DNA from: Truepera sp.
GTDB taxonomy: Bacteria; Deinococcota; Deinococci; Deinococcales; Trueperaceae
Assembly: GCA_965218435.1 (NCBI GenBank)
Contig: CBDCKW010000009.1
Coordinates: 1,856,001-1,920,000 of the forward strand
Reading direction: 5' to 3'
DNA length: 64,000 bases
The first letter of the stretch is position 1. Each line of letters opens with the position of its first letter. Position numbers and translations under genes: made by a program. The notes beneath the pieces were generated by a model. It ran no database searches. It was not told where the DNA came from and worked only from the letters and a program-made list of their open reading frames with translations. Below are positions 14,501 to 23,233 of the stretch, one piece after another.

Positions 14501-14638
14501 GGCGACCAGCAGCGTCAGCTTCCGGTCAAGGTTAGGCAAAATACGTGCCTGTAACCGAGGACGGGCAACGACGCTCGTAGGCGCGTACGGCCGAACTACC
14601 TTTTGTGGCAAAAACCATCTCATCAGACGCGCTCCCAC
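11561..14638 (-). CDS. Large MalT-like P-loop/TPR/wHTH-BTAD transcriptional regulator
   Basis: APAGYGKT Walker A, GWPAG, TPR helices, C-terminal YQGDYLPG...DPCHE...LGLEPS BTAD. Confidence 0.88.
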   Translation of the reverse strand: MGARLMRWFLPQKVVRPYAPTSVVARPRLQARILPNLDRKLTLLVAPAGYGKTVLALELASAAQHATQHRDLWYELDEHDAHLEVFYAYLCEAVSQRVPDFSERLPEPPQDATPWELANLLTATLFELGEPLLIILSNFHKVSDAPEITSFIDTLITYLPPTCHLLILSRNQTQLNLARLVANQEVNLLTQTQLAFSAEEAAAAARALGCSDERVAAAEHERLGGWPAGFTLLLGHGAAHLEGGADSLAEGFAAENLVYDYLGSEVLGELSEREQRFAYLTALLAPFAESELVRYCQPEELGLLERLSKRHALLFATGGRGEPEYDLQPLVKDFLKESLERNHPELWRELNLRIGAQRFDAGKLDALENLVNAGAVAAIVERLGTLQRTLRELGDYSHFAMWLRRLPEDALKHHPELLILMGEALVQRDAAAAKELYERALKLGVGDRRLHAAALSGLLRAEHNLRRYKELLERAPRVLQELRETRQLRELAFSYNSVARAHMSLGSYSEAQTAFEFVRKIGEELSDGYFEALATRGLASYADYSGDVQRSLLLNQKALAYWEARANSYQIASTLNNVASCHYYLGDLHEGLTTGLRALSLWNDLSLEESPVLLHCTLGDLYLALGRNEDAEKHYRFAVSQSPSDAFTHPYALLGLARVYSLGGQRAKAERYAEHARELALTHGFRFCEGLAYLLAAQLGDADALSAAEKVFAAIGATRELTQVFWLYSERPGAQSARYAVRAQEAERSLGYRARPPLIIRNAPTPAPTPVLLPKAPRAVLELFTCGHVEISLNGTPVAINDWNGRKPRDIVLFLASTGVGASRDDFLDALWDESGRDPEQQFSVALSRARRTLGWRESIVRDGNLYTFSPDLLIQEDAGTLERLRPGDPIETLMAALDIYQGDYLPGYYANWVEVRRRHLQEHALVLLSDLLPRLSDTQRHLIPTYAKLAFKLDPCHEPGYLELIRYHLDNRNPEQARRQYSNYVQAIKDLGLEPSPHLLEVLSAFATQLGWGLEDRFVRFSDY

Positions 14639-14937
14639 CTAAAAAACGAATTGCCCCGGCTTGCCACCCTCAAATGAGGACTCATGAAGCATACCCTAAT
14701 CCGGCCCGGGGGTGTGGCTTTTTACACAAGTCGAGTGAGTTAAAAACTTCACATCACGGTAGTTTATAACTGGTCTATCTTCGCAATTCTTTTGAGAAAC
14801 CCGTCGCCTATCGCAAAAATTGTAAAAATTTGGGCGGAACCGCACGGTCTGTTGAAGTCCACTTTGAAACCACCGCAAGCTTTCACCGCAAGCTTCGCGC
14901 AAGAGAGTCGCAACCTTAGCAGCCCAAACTGCCCCTC

Positions 14938-15126
14938 ATGAAAGCACCTTTATCTCACAGACCGCCGCAGTACGCCAAAGAAGTATCCGCTGATTTTTAC
15001 GGCGTTTTGAAACGCCGTGGTCTGCTGCAAGCCCCCCTGCGTCCGGGGTCGCTCTTACAGCAGCGCGGTACCCGCCTCGTTCATCCTTGCTACCGCCGAG
15101 GCCGTCCCAGCGATACGGGCGGCTGA
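14938..15126 (+). CDS. Small hypothetical protein
   Basis: ATG-started ORF leading a co-oriented gene run; no recognised motif. Confidence 0.35.
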   Translation: MKAPLSHRPPQYAKEVSADFYGVLKRRGLLQAPLRPGSLLQQRGTRLVHPCYRRGRPSDTGG

Positions 15127-15129
15127 GCC

Positions 15130-15336
15130 GTGCGCAGTAGAGCCCTTAACCGCGCGTTTAACCGGGCGCTTATCGACCTCGAGTACCGCTTGGCCCTGCT
15201 GCAAAACGTTCGCGGCGTCTTAGGCCCTGAAGGGGTACCCGAAGGTGAAATCCGGCTGCTCGAGTCGTCACAGCCGCACGACATCCGTGAGCTGGCGCAG
15301 GCGCTCGAGACCATGCACAGCTTGTCATTTCATTAG
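15130..15336 (+). CDS. Small hypothetical protein
   Basis: 68 aa ORF with host-like codon usage. Confidence 0.5.
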   Translation: MRSRALNRAFNRALIDLEYRLALLQNVRGVLGPEGVPEGEIRLLESSQPHDIRELAQALETMHSLSFH

Positions 15337-15382
15337 CTCGTTTCACTAGGGTTTATCAGCTCATTTCAGCAAGGGGAAAATT

Positions 15383-17122
15383 ATGCGTAAGTCTTATAGG
15401 GCAAATAGGTCAATCTCAGAGTCAGGCTTAGAGAGGGCGAAAGCAGCAAAACCCAGCTGGCAGTGGGCGGCGCTGCTCCCACTCGTTTTGGCGCTCGCCG
15501 CGTGTGCTCAAGAAACGGTGCGACCTGCTCTGGTCGGGCTCGAGGTCACCGCGCCGGGGCAGCGCGAACTTATCTTTTCGGGCGTTACCGGCAGCACCAG
15601 CAAGGCGCAACCGATCACCTTCAAAAATACCGGGGACGCGCCGCTCGTTTTGAGCACGCTCGCTTTGGGCGGCCCTGACGCGGGCACGTTCGGGCTCGAC
15701 GCGCCGAGGTTACCGCTCGAGCTCGAGCCCGGAGAGAGCGCCGAGGCGCTGATTTCGTTTTCGCCGGACGCGGCGGGGCCGCAGCGCGCCACCTTGCAGC
15801 TAGAGAGTAACGACGCCGCACACCGCGACCTCGAGATCGGCTTGTACGGCCTCGGCAGCCGCGGCGACGGGGGCACGGACGAACCTTCACTGCAGCAAGT
15901 TGCCGATACCTTGGGGTACCGCGTCACGACCGGCGACGTGTCGGCTCCAGGCGACGCCCTCACCGGTGACGAGGTCTACGCGCCACTTTTTGAACGGGCG
16001 AACAGCGGTCCGGTGACGTTGAGCGTTGCCGCCCGTTACGGTCCCGGTGATGTTCTCCTCTACGGTATGTTTACGCTGTCTGAGGGCGAACCCGCCGTAA
16101 AGGAAGTGGGCCGCGTTGCTGAAAACGGCGCTCAAGAACTCTTGCCGCCGGTCTCGTCGCCGACGCTTTCGGCCACCGGAACCACTTCGTTTGACCCCGG
16201 CTCGCAAGCTTTCGGCGTATGGGCCGGGAACGATAGCCAGAGCACTAAGTATAGCTTAGACGGACTTAATCCCGGCCATGCCCACGCCGTGCGCGTCTAT
16301 CCGCTGCACGACCGGGCAGGCAATCTCGTCGCCAACAGCTACCTGCTCAGCTTGGAGACCGGCGATAAGGCCCGCGACTTTCAAGACGCGGTGTTTGTCC
16401 TCGGTAATGTCAAGCTCGCCGGAGACGCAGTTGAGCTCAGCAGCGGTTGGGAACCGCTTTTTAACGGCACCGACCTGAGCGGTTGGTACACTTATCTGCC
16501 GTCTAAAGGCAAAAACAACGACCCCGAAGGTGTTTTCCGCGCTGAGGACGGACTGATTCATATCCTGGGCGTTGAGAATAAAGGTACCCGCGAGTTCGGT
16601 TATCTGGCGACTGAAAAGAGCTACCACAACTATCACTTGCGGCTCGAGTACCGCTGGGGCGAAGCGCGTTTCGCACCCCGCAACCGTAGCAAACGCGACA
16701 GCGGCGTGGTCTATCATGTTTCCGGCCCCGATAAAGTGTGGCCGCAGGGCGTCGAGTATCAGATTCAAGAGGGTGATACCGGCGACTTCTGGCTTTTAGG
16801 TGGCCCTACTTTGACGACGACCGTCGCTTCAACTCGTTCCAAAGAACCGCAGTTCGCCGCGAACGGCGTTCCCTACCGAAGTCAGAGTGGCCGCTACGTC
16901 CGTATTGCTAAAGACGAGACGCACGAGCAGGCCGGTTGGAACACCGTTGACATCATTGTGCGGGGCAACACGGCCGTACATATGATTAACGGCGTCGTCA
17001 ATAACCGCGCCTACAGCCTCCATGCTCCGGGCGGCAGTGACCTCGACTCGGGAAAAATACTTTTGCAGGCCGAGGGTGCCGAGGTCTTTTACCGTAACGT
17101 TGAAATTCGGCCGCTCGAGTAG
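15383..17122 (+). CDS. Lipoprotein with Ig-like domain and C-terminal DUF1080 (3-keto-glycoside hydrolase-like) domain
   Basis: Lipobox LAAC; WEPLFNGTDLSGW...RDSGV...VEYQI...GKILLQAEGAEVFYRNVEI. Confidence 0.85.
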   Translation: MRKSYRANRSISESGLERAKAAKPSWQWAALLPLVLALAACAQETVRPALVGLEVTAPGQRELIFSGVTGSTSKAQPITFKNTGDAPLVLSTLALGGPDAGTFGLDAPRLPLELEPGESAEALISFSPDAAGPQRATLQLESNDAAHRDLEIGLYGLGSRGDGGTDEPSLQQVADTLGYRVTTGDVSAPGDALTGDEVYAPLFERANSGPVTLSVAARYGPGDVLLYGMFTLSEGEPAVKEVGRVAENGAQELLPPVSSPTLSATGTTSFDPGSQAFGVWAGNDSQSTKYSLDGLNPGHAHAVRVYPLHDRAGNLVANSYLLSLETGDKARDFQDAVFVLGNVKLAGDAVELSSGWEPLFNGTDLSGWYTYLPSKGKNNDPEGVFRAEDGLIHILGVENKGTREFGYLATEKSYHNYHLRLEYRWGEARFAPRNRSKRDSGVVYHVSGPDKVWPQGVEYQIQEGDTGDFWLLGGPTLTTTVASTRSKEPQFAANGVPYRSQSGRYVRIAKDETHEQAGWNTVDIIVRGNTAVHMINGVVNNRAYSLHAPGGSDLDSGKILLQAEGAEVFYRNVEIRPLE

Positions 17123-17129
17123 GCAGCTG

Positions 17130-17450
17130 ATGGCCAAACCCAATCATTCTCAACCGGCGAACCCGGTACCGCCCCCGCGCACACCACCGCCCCGGCCCCG
17201 GGTACGGGTCGGTACCCTACGCGCACAGCCGGTGCAGTCAACCCAGTCAACCCAGCCTAGCCCCAACCTGCTAGAGCACCGTTACGAAGCGCAGCGCCGC
17301 TGGTTCGACCACGAAGTTGGGACGCTCGAGCGGCTGGCGCAGACCGAGCGTCTCGCAGGTGACTATATAGCGGCGCAACGCCTCGAGCGCGAGCTAGACT
17401 CGTTTATTAGAGAAGCTGCCGCGCTGCTGGAACAAGAAAGGTCGAGATGA
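17130..17450 (+). CDS. Pro-rich hypothetical protein
   Basis: ATG at 17130; ATGA overlap with the next gene. Confidence 0.55.
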   Translation: MAKPNHSQPANPVPPPRTPPPRPRVRVGTLRAQPVQSTQSTQPSPNLLEHRYEAQRRWFDHEVGTLERLAQTERLAGDYIAAQRLERELDSFIREAAALLEQERSR

Positions 17451-18682
17451 ACACCTACACCTTGGTAAGCGAACCGACCAGACGGCAACGATGTAAGACC
17501 CGCTGTAAGAACCGGCAACTGCCGAAACTGATACTGCTGGCCGCCGTTAGTCTCACAGGCTGTCAGCAACTCGTGCCCGCCGCCAGCTTGCAGGCGACGC
17601 CGACTGAGGTGGTCGTCGGCGACCCCGTAACCCTGACGTGGCGCAGCGCCGGTGCCACGGCTTGTAGCCTCACGCCAGAGCGCCAAACCCTCACGCCGGA
17701 AAATTGCACCCAGGGTAGTGTGACTGAACGCTACGACCGACCCGGCACCTTTACTGCAACCTTCGTCTACACGGTCGGAAACGGCTCCGAGCTTCGCCGC
17801 GAAGCGTTGATCAACGTTCGAGCGGCCGGTGCGAGTCAAACTTTTACAACTGAGCAAAACGGCCTCACCGTGACCTTTACGGCGGCTACTCCAGCTGATA
17901 AGGCAGGCTCAACCTGGGACTTTGGTGACGGCGAGACCAGCAGCGGCGCACGTGTAAGCCATACCTACGGCGGTGCCGGAAACTATCTGGTGACACTGAC
18001 GCAAACCCAGGCCGGAGAGCGGACGCAGAGCACACAGACGGTAACAGTTAGAGCAAATACAAAGGCAAAAATCACGCTCTTTTCCGGCGACGGTTTGGCT
18101 GCGTGGGAACGCGTCCGGGGCGGCGCAGCCAACTGGCAGACTCGAGCAGACTATGTTGAGGTCAAACCGGGTAGCAAGGTCAGCGACAACAATTTAAGAA
18201 CGAAAGAAACGTTTGGGGATTTCCGCTTGCACCTCGAGTTCTGGGTACCGAAAACGCCCGCCGGGACACCTGAGCAGGCGCGGGGCAACTCCGGCGTCTA
18301 TTTGCAAGGACGTTACGAAGTGCAGATTTTAGATTCGTACGGCCGCACTTTAAGTGGCAAAAACGACGCCGGGGCCGTGTATGAAGTCAAAGACGCGTCC
18401 AAAAACGCGAGCTTGCCACCGGAAACATGGCAAAGCTACGACCTCGAGTTTCGAGCGGCCCGTTTTGAAAACGGCAAAAAGGTGCAAGACGCACGTGTCA
18501 GCGTCGTCTGGAACGGTCAGCTGGTGCAGGACAAAACAGTGATCCCCGGCCCGACCCGGCTCGGTGACCCGGAGCGCAGCAGCGACGTCGGCAGCGGTGG
18601 AGTTTTATTAGGTCCTATCGTGCTGCAAGACCACGGCTACCGGGTACGGTTTCGTAACGTCTGGCTCGAGCCGCTGGATTAA
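17447..18682 (+). CDS. Lipoprotein with PKD domain(s) and DUF1080 domain
   Basis: Lipobox LTGC; WDFGDG PKD motif; GNSGVYLQGRYEVQILDS, GPIVLQDHG. Confidence 0.87.
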   Translation: MNTYTLVSEPTRRQRCKTRCKNRQLPKLILLAAVSLTGCQQLVPAASLQATPTEVVVGDPVTLTWRSAGATACSLTPERQTLTPENCTQGSVTERYDRPGTFTATFVYTVGNGSELRREALINVRAAGASQTFTTEQNGLTVTFTAATPADKAGSTWDFGDGETSSGARVSHTYGGAGNYLVTLTQTQAGERTQSTQTVTVRANTKAKITLFSGDGLAAWERVRGGAANWQTRADYVEVKPGSKVSDNNLRTKETFGDFRLHLEFWVPKTPAGTPEQARGNSGVYLQGRYEVQILDSYGRTLSGKNDAGAVYEVKDASKNASLPPETWQSYDLEFRAARFENGKKVQDARVSVVWNGQLVQDKTVIPGPTRLGDPERSSDVGSGGVLLGPIVLQDHGYRVRFRNVWLEPLD

Positions 18683-18854
18683 AAGGTAGAAATAGAGAGC
18701 AAGAAGCAAGAATAAGGAAAGCGTTCAACCTGCGGTTGCCGCCGTCCCAGCTTAGTTGTTAAAGGTAAAGGTCAACAGCTTTTGCTCTGTCGCTTTTACA
18801 AACCTCGAGCCTTTGCAGTCGCTAAAACCGGTTGAGAGGAGCGCACACGTATGT

Positions 18855-19235
18855 CTAACGCGGGCTCGAGCCTTCGTTATAGCAAAACACCTTGATTCGG
18901 TAACCGCTGGGGTCAAAGACAAAAAATCCATACGGCCCCCGCGCCGCTTTATACAACTCGCGCATGTCCCGGCCCAGCTCTGCGTAAGGGGCAACCTGCT
19001 GATACATTTCGTCCACCGCCGCAAAACTTGGGAGCTCGAGACCCAGATACTGCACGGTCAGCGGGTTTAGGGGTTCGTCTGCGTGGTCAAAAATAAGGGT
19101 AAAACCGTCTGCATTCAGCCAGATACGCCCAACTCCGGTGTCGTAGCGGGCGTCGCCGCAACCCAAAATCTCGGTATAAAAGGCGTAGGTTTGCTTAAGT
19201 GCATCCGTTTTAAGAGCTAGATGCTGAAGCTTCAC
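18855..19235 (-). CDS. VOC/glyoxalase family protein
   Basis: LQHLAL...FYTEILG...FFVFDPSGYRI. Confidence 0.8.
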   Translation of the reverse strand: MKLQHLALKTDALKQTYAFYTEILGCGDARYDTGVGRIWLNADGFTLIFDHADEPLNPLTVQYLGLELPSFAAVDEMYQQVAPYAELGRDMRELYKAARGPYGFFVFDPSGYRIKVFCYNEGSSPR

Positions 19236-19246
19236 CGGCTTGCTCT

Positions 19247-19816
19247 CTAAAAACCTAAGAGCGGCAGGCTCAAACCGACGCGCACACGGGGGCTGAACCG
19301 CCCTTCACCAAAGGCCCCACCCGCAGGCCAGAGGTAGTCTGTTCCAGCCTCGGCAAACACGCTGATAAGCGAAAACCCGATCACCCTGAGGCGAAAGTCC
19401 GCCCCGGCCACGCCCCCGACGCCGTAGTACACGCCGGGTTGGGTGCCGTCTAAAAACAGCGCAGAATTGATAAGGCGGTAGCGCGGTCCGGCTCCGGCGT
19501 AAAGCGCGGCGTCGGCGCTTGCCAGGAAGGTTCCGACGCCGCCCCGCAGCGTATAGGTCACGTCGGCAAAGCCGTCGACGTTGAGTTCGCGGTCTAACAG
19601 CAGCGGCAGCGGATAGAGCGCCGCGCCGACGCGTAATCCGACGCGACGCGCGAAGAGGTTTTCCGGGCCGACCTCGAGGCTTAGCGGAACGTGCGCCGCG
19701 GTGTTCAGAAGCGCAGGTGCGCCGGGTCCCAAAACCTCGGCACGTGCCAGCAAGAAACCGGGAAATAGAAAAAGCGTAGCTAATAAAATGCCGTAACGTT
19801 TCACGCCGTCATTCAC
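19247..19816 (-). CDS. Putative outer-membrane beta-barrel protein
   Basis: Signal peptide, alternating amphipathic strands, terminal Phe. Confidence 0.55.
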   Translation of the reverse strand: MNDGVKRYGILLATLFLFPGFLLARAEVLGPGAPALLNTAAHVPLSLEVGPENLFARRVGLRVGAALYPLPLLLDRELNVDGFADVTYTLRGGVGTFLASADAALYAGAGPRYRLINSALFLDGTQPGVYYGVGGVAGADFRLRVIGFSLISVFAEAGTDYLWPAGGAFGEGRFSPRVRVGLSLPLLGF

Positions 19817-20040
19817 TCGAAACCTCCACCAGCAGCTAAAGTCTAAGACCGGGTGACGAAGTTAGGCGAAGTTGCGCCCGAAAACGCTGTCGCCCAAGAA
19901 CGCTGTCACCGTGTGAGTTCCGGCAGCTGTACAAGATAGCAGTTGCACAAGATAATAGACGTGAAAGCTGCCGAAACGTCAGCTGCCACATCACAGCTTA
20001 AAAAGGCGAGCTTAACGCCCGCTGAAAAGCCGCGACCAAG

Positions 20041-21546
20041 CTAGTCGGCCCCGAGACTGGGGTCGGCTTCAGGCACCGACCAGATGCTCCCCAACCCTAG
20101 CCCTACCAGTCCCCAAACGAGCGTGTCCACATTCGGGGTTGCAAACCAGACCATACCGTAAATCATGTAGGTCAAGAGCGCGAGGAAGGTCGCCAGAGAG
20201 AGCGGCGTACGGGCTTTAAGGAGCGCCCACCCGGTACTCAGCAAAAAAGCGATAAAAAGCAGCATGACCGGAATTCCGCTGGCAAAGCCGATATCTAAAA
20301 AATAGTTATGTACCCGGTAGGGTTTGACGGGTTGGAGCTCGAGCGTACCCGAACCGGGGGTGCGGTAGAGTGCCAGGTTGCCTAGACGAAAAGCCCGGGC
20401 CGCCGTTTTAGGCGGTAAAAACTCGGTGAGCATCGCCTCGGCTTGTTCGGGCGTGGCAAAAAACCAGGCCGCGTTGCCGAACGCGTCAATGCCGTAACCC
20501 ATTAAAGGGCGGTCTAAAATCGCCTTGACCCCGACCTGCCAAAAGATCAGGCGGTGGCTCGTCGCCGGGTCGGTACCCTGCACGGCGCTGCCGAGTTTGT
20601 CGAGCCGCGCCCGCGCGTGCGGGGAGGTCAGGAGCGGCGCAGCGCCCGCGAGGAGCATCACGCCGCCTAACAGGAGCAGATAACGTGAACGGCCCCGCCG
20701 CCAAAACCATACAGCACCTAAACCTGCCAAGCTCAGCAGGGCGGCCAAGGCTCCTGCCCGCCCGCCACTGGCGACCAAACACGCCGTTAAAAAAGCGATA
20801 ATAAGGCCGTCAAAGAGCCGTAAACGGCGGCTTAACAGTCGCCACGTCACCCAAAAAACCAGCACCACCGCCAGGTAAGCCGCGACGTAGCTCTGATGCC
20901 CCATCGTCGCCTGCACGTTGTTGCCGACCCGGGCGCTCGGGTCAACCAGCCTGAGCGGGTCGAGCCCGTAAGCCTCGAGCAGCGCCCAGGCCCCGGCCAG
21001 ACACGCGCCCAGCGCCAGCAGATGGTAAATCCAGGTAAGCTTGAGCACCCGGCTCGAGCTCAGCACCGCCGCGAGCAGCGTCAGGGCGTACCAAGCATTT
21101 TCCAACAGCCGGAAAAGAATACTTTCGTAGCGGTCAGGAATGAACGGAAGCGACAGGCCGAGCGGGGCCGGATTGAGCAGGCTGGTCGTAAACGACGCCG
21201 CTAAAAAGAGGAGCAGCCACAGCAGCGGCAGGCGCAGCGGTGAGGCGCAGCTTAGGACTTGACCCTTGATCCTCCCGCTACGCAGCAGCAAGTACGCTTG
21301 ACGCGCACCCAAACCCCAGAGCAGAACAAAGACGATGAGCTTGGGCAGTAAAACCTCGGCAAAGCCGTTTTTAGGAAAGGTGATGACGCTTTGAGGGATC
21401 AGCGCCAACACCTCTTTAGGCATGACAGCGAGCGGAAAGGCCAGAAATAACAGCCCCCAAAAGAGCCTATGCAGCAGCCGACGTGTGCGCAGCGCCGACG
21501 CGGGTTGCCTCTGCGTCATCTTTACGCTGCGGCCGAGATGCTCCAC
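20041..21546 (-). CDS. O-antigen ligase/Wzy_C-family membrane protein
   Basis: Multiple TM segments, SGGRAG, RLIFW, RPLMGYG, HNYFLD. Confidence 0.82.
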   Translation of the reverse strand: MEHLGRSVKMTQRQPASALRTRRLLHRLFWGLLFLAFPLAVMPKEVLALIPQSVITFPKNGFAEVLLPKLIVFVLLWGLGARQAYLLLRSGRIKGQVLSCASPLRLPLLWLLLFLAASFTTSLLNPAPLGLSLPFIPDRYESILFRLLENAWYALTLLAAVLSSSRVLKLTWIYHLLALGACLAGAWALLEAYGLDPLRLVDPSARVGNNVQATMGHQSYVAAYLAVVLVFWVTWRLLSRRLRLFDGLIIAFLTACLVASGGRAGALAALLSLAGLGAVWFWRRGRSRYLLLLGGVMLLAGAAPLLTSPHARARLDKLGSAVQGTDPATSHRLIFWQVGVKAILDRPLMGYGIDAFGNAAWFFATPEQAEAMLTEFLPPKTAARAFRLGNLALYRTPGSGTLELQPVKPYRVHNYFLDIGFASGIPVMLLFIAFLLSTGWALLKARTPLSLATFLALLTYMIYGMVWFATPNVDTLVWGLVGLGLGSIWSVPEADPSLGAD

Positions 21547-21582
21547 GCGCTTAATCCTTTGATTCGGCCCGTAAACGCAGGC

Positions 21583-22953
21583 TCAAACACGGGCGGCGTC
21601 GCTTGGTTTAAGTTCAGCCGGTGCAGGTTCAGAGTCGGTTTCAGAACTAGGTTCAGGGTTCGCTTCAGCCGACGACTCGAGTCCGAACGCCCGGTGTACC
21701 GCCCGAAGCGCCTCGACTGCGTGTTCGGCTCCGATTACCACGGTAATACGCACCTCACTCGTCGTAATCATCTCGATATTAGCCCCGGCCCCGGCAACCG
21801 CCGCAAACATCCGGCCCGCCAACCCCGGCGTTGACCCGAGCGCGATACCGACCACTGAAAGCTTGGCGATATTCGGGTCGGCGTGCGCGTCGCCGCCCAA
21901 CCTTTCCAGCACCGGACGAACGGCCGTGAGCGCGTCCTCTACGCTGTCTTTTGTGACCGTAAAGGCCATCTGTTGCCGGTTGCCCCCCGGTACGCCCTGA
22001 ATAATGGTGTCGGCGTTGACGTCCGCTGCGCCCAACGCCCCAAAAACCTGTGCGGCGACGCCGGGTGTATCCGGTACGCCTAAAAGGTCAATGCGGGCGT
22101 AGTTACGGTCTAAAGCAACGCCGGTGACCGGTTTGTCGGTTTTCACAACCTTCTCCTCTTGAACTACACCTTGTTTTGTTCCGGCTTGTTCTGCTGTACG
22201 CTTCGCTGACATCTGCGTCCCGGCTTTGGTGCCGACCAGTGTACCAGGCGCGTATGAAAACGATGAGCGGACGTGAATTCTGACCCCGTAGCGGCGCGCG
22301 TACCAAACGCTGCGTGGGTGCAGCACCTTCGCGCCGAGCGAGGCGAGTTCTAACATCTCGTCATAGTCAATATAAGGGAGTTTTGTCGCCGTGGGGATGA
22401 GGTGCGGGTCAGTCGTGTACACGCCCTCGGTGTCGGTGTAGATTTCGCACTCGGGCGCACCCAGAGCTGCGGCCACCGCCACCGCCGTCGTATCCGAACC
22501 GCCGCGCCCGAGCGTCGTAATCATGCCCTCGGCGTCTATCCCTTGGAATCCGGCGATCACAGCCACGTCAACGCTCCTAAACGCGGCTAAGAGCGCACCG
22601 GGGTTGACCTCGATAATACGTGCGCCGCCGCTGACACTATCGGTTAAAAACCCGGCTTGAGACCCGGTAAACGAACGCGCCTTAAGCCCGATACTGTGCA
22701 GCGTCATGGCCAAAAGCGCAACCGACTGCTGTTCTCCGGTCGCCATCAACATATCGAGTTCGCGCCGGTCGGGGCGCACTGTAATCTCTTTGGCAAGCGA
22801 GACGAGCGCGTCGGTGGTGCGGCCCATCGCCGATACCGTGACAGCAACTTTTTGCCCTTTTTCTACTGTGCGGGCGACACGCGCCGCCACTTTGCGGATA
22901 CGCTCGAGGTCGCCGACGCTGGTACCCCCGTACTTTTGCACTACAATCTCCAT
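21583..22953 (-). CDS. ask: Aspartate kinase (alpha subunit, nested beta subunit)
   Basis: MEIVVQKYGGTSVGD, TTLGRGGSDTTA, two ACT domains; start refined to the ATG at 22953. Confidence 0.93.
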   Translation of the reverse strand: MEIVVQKYGGTSVGDLERIRKVAARVARTVEKGQKVAVTVSAMGRTTDALVSLAKEITVRPDRRELDMLMATGEQQSVALLAMTLHSIGLKARSFTGSQAGFLTDSVSGGARIIEVNPGALLAAFRSVDVAVIAGFQGIDAEGMITTLGRGGSDTTAVAVAAALGAPECEIYTDTEGVYTTDPHLIPTATKLPYIDYDEMLELASLGAKVLHPRSVWYARRYGVRIHVRSSFSYAPGTLVGTKAGTQMSAKRTAEQAGTKQGVVQEEKVVKTDKPVTGVALDRNYARIDLLGVPDTPGVAAQVFGALGAADVNADTIIQGVPGGNRQQMAFTVTKDSVEDALTAVRPVLERLGGDAHADPNIAKLSVVGIALGSTPGLAGRMFAAVAGAGANIEMITTSEVRITVVIGAEHAVEALRAVHRAFGLESSAEANPEPSSETDSEPAPAELKPSDAARV

Positions 22954-23233
22954 AAAACTCCCTTGTACCCGAACGCGAACGTACAGGCAACGGGCACATT
23001 GTATGACAAGTATGACGAAAACAGGCCGCGGCAGAAATTGAGGAACGAGTATCAGAGCGTCTCTGACGCAGCTATCTATTGTAGGTCGAACGTAACAGTA
23101 CAACTTATTGGGCAGGTCTGGTTATTGGACAGGTCTGGCACAGGCTTGCCGAAAACTTCACACGCTCTCTAACCGGCCTATGTGAGTGCATTTTAAGGTT
23201 AGGTTAAGGTTCGTCTCGGTATAGTAAAGCATT

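Noticed and set aside
14938..15336. Selenocysteine or TGA readthrough joining two in-frame small ORFs
   Set aside because: The frames match, but there is no redox motif or recognisable SECIS, and a GTG restart explains the second ORF.
22954..23103. N-terminal extensions in the ORF track for ask (also kynU, mltG, DinB, antitoxin)
   Set aside because: Conserved N-termini, RBS or -10 boxes and gene overlaps support downstream starts.
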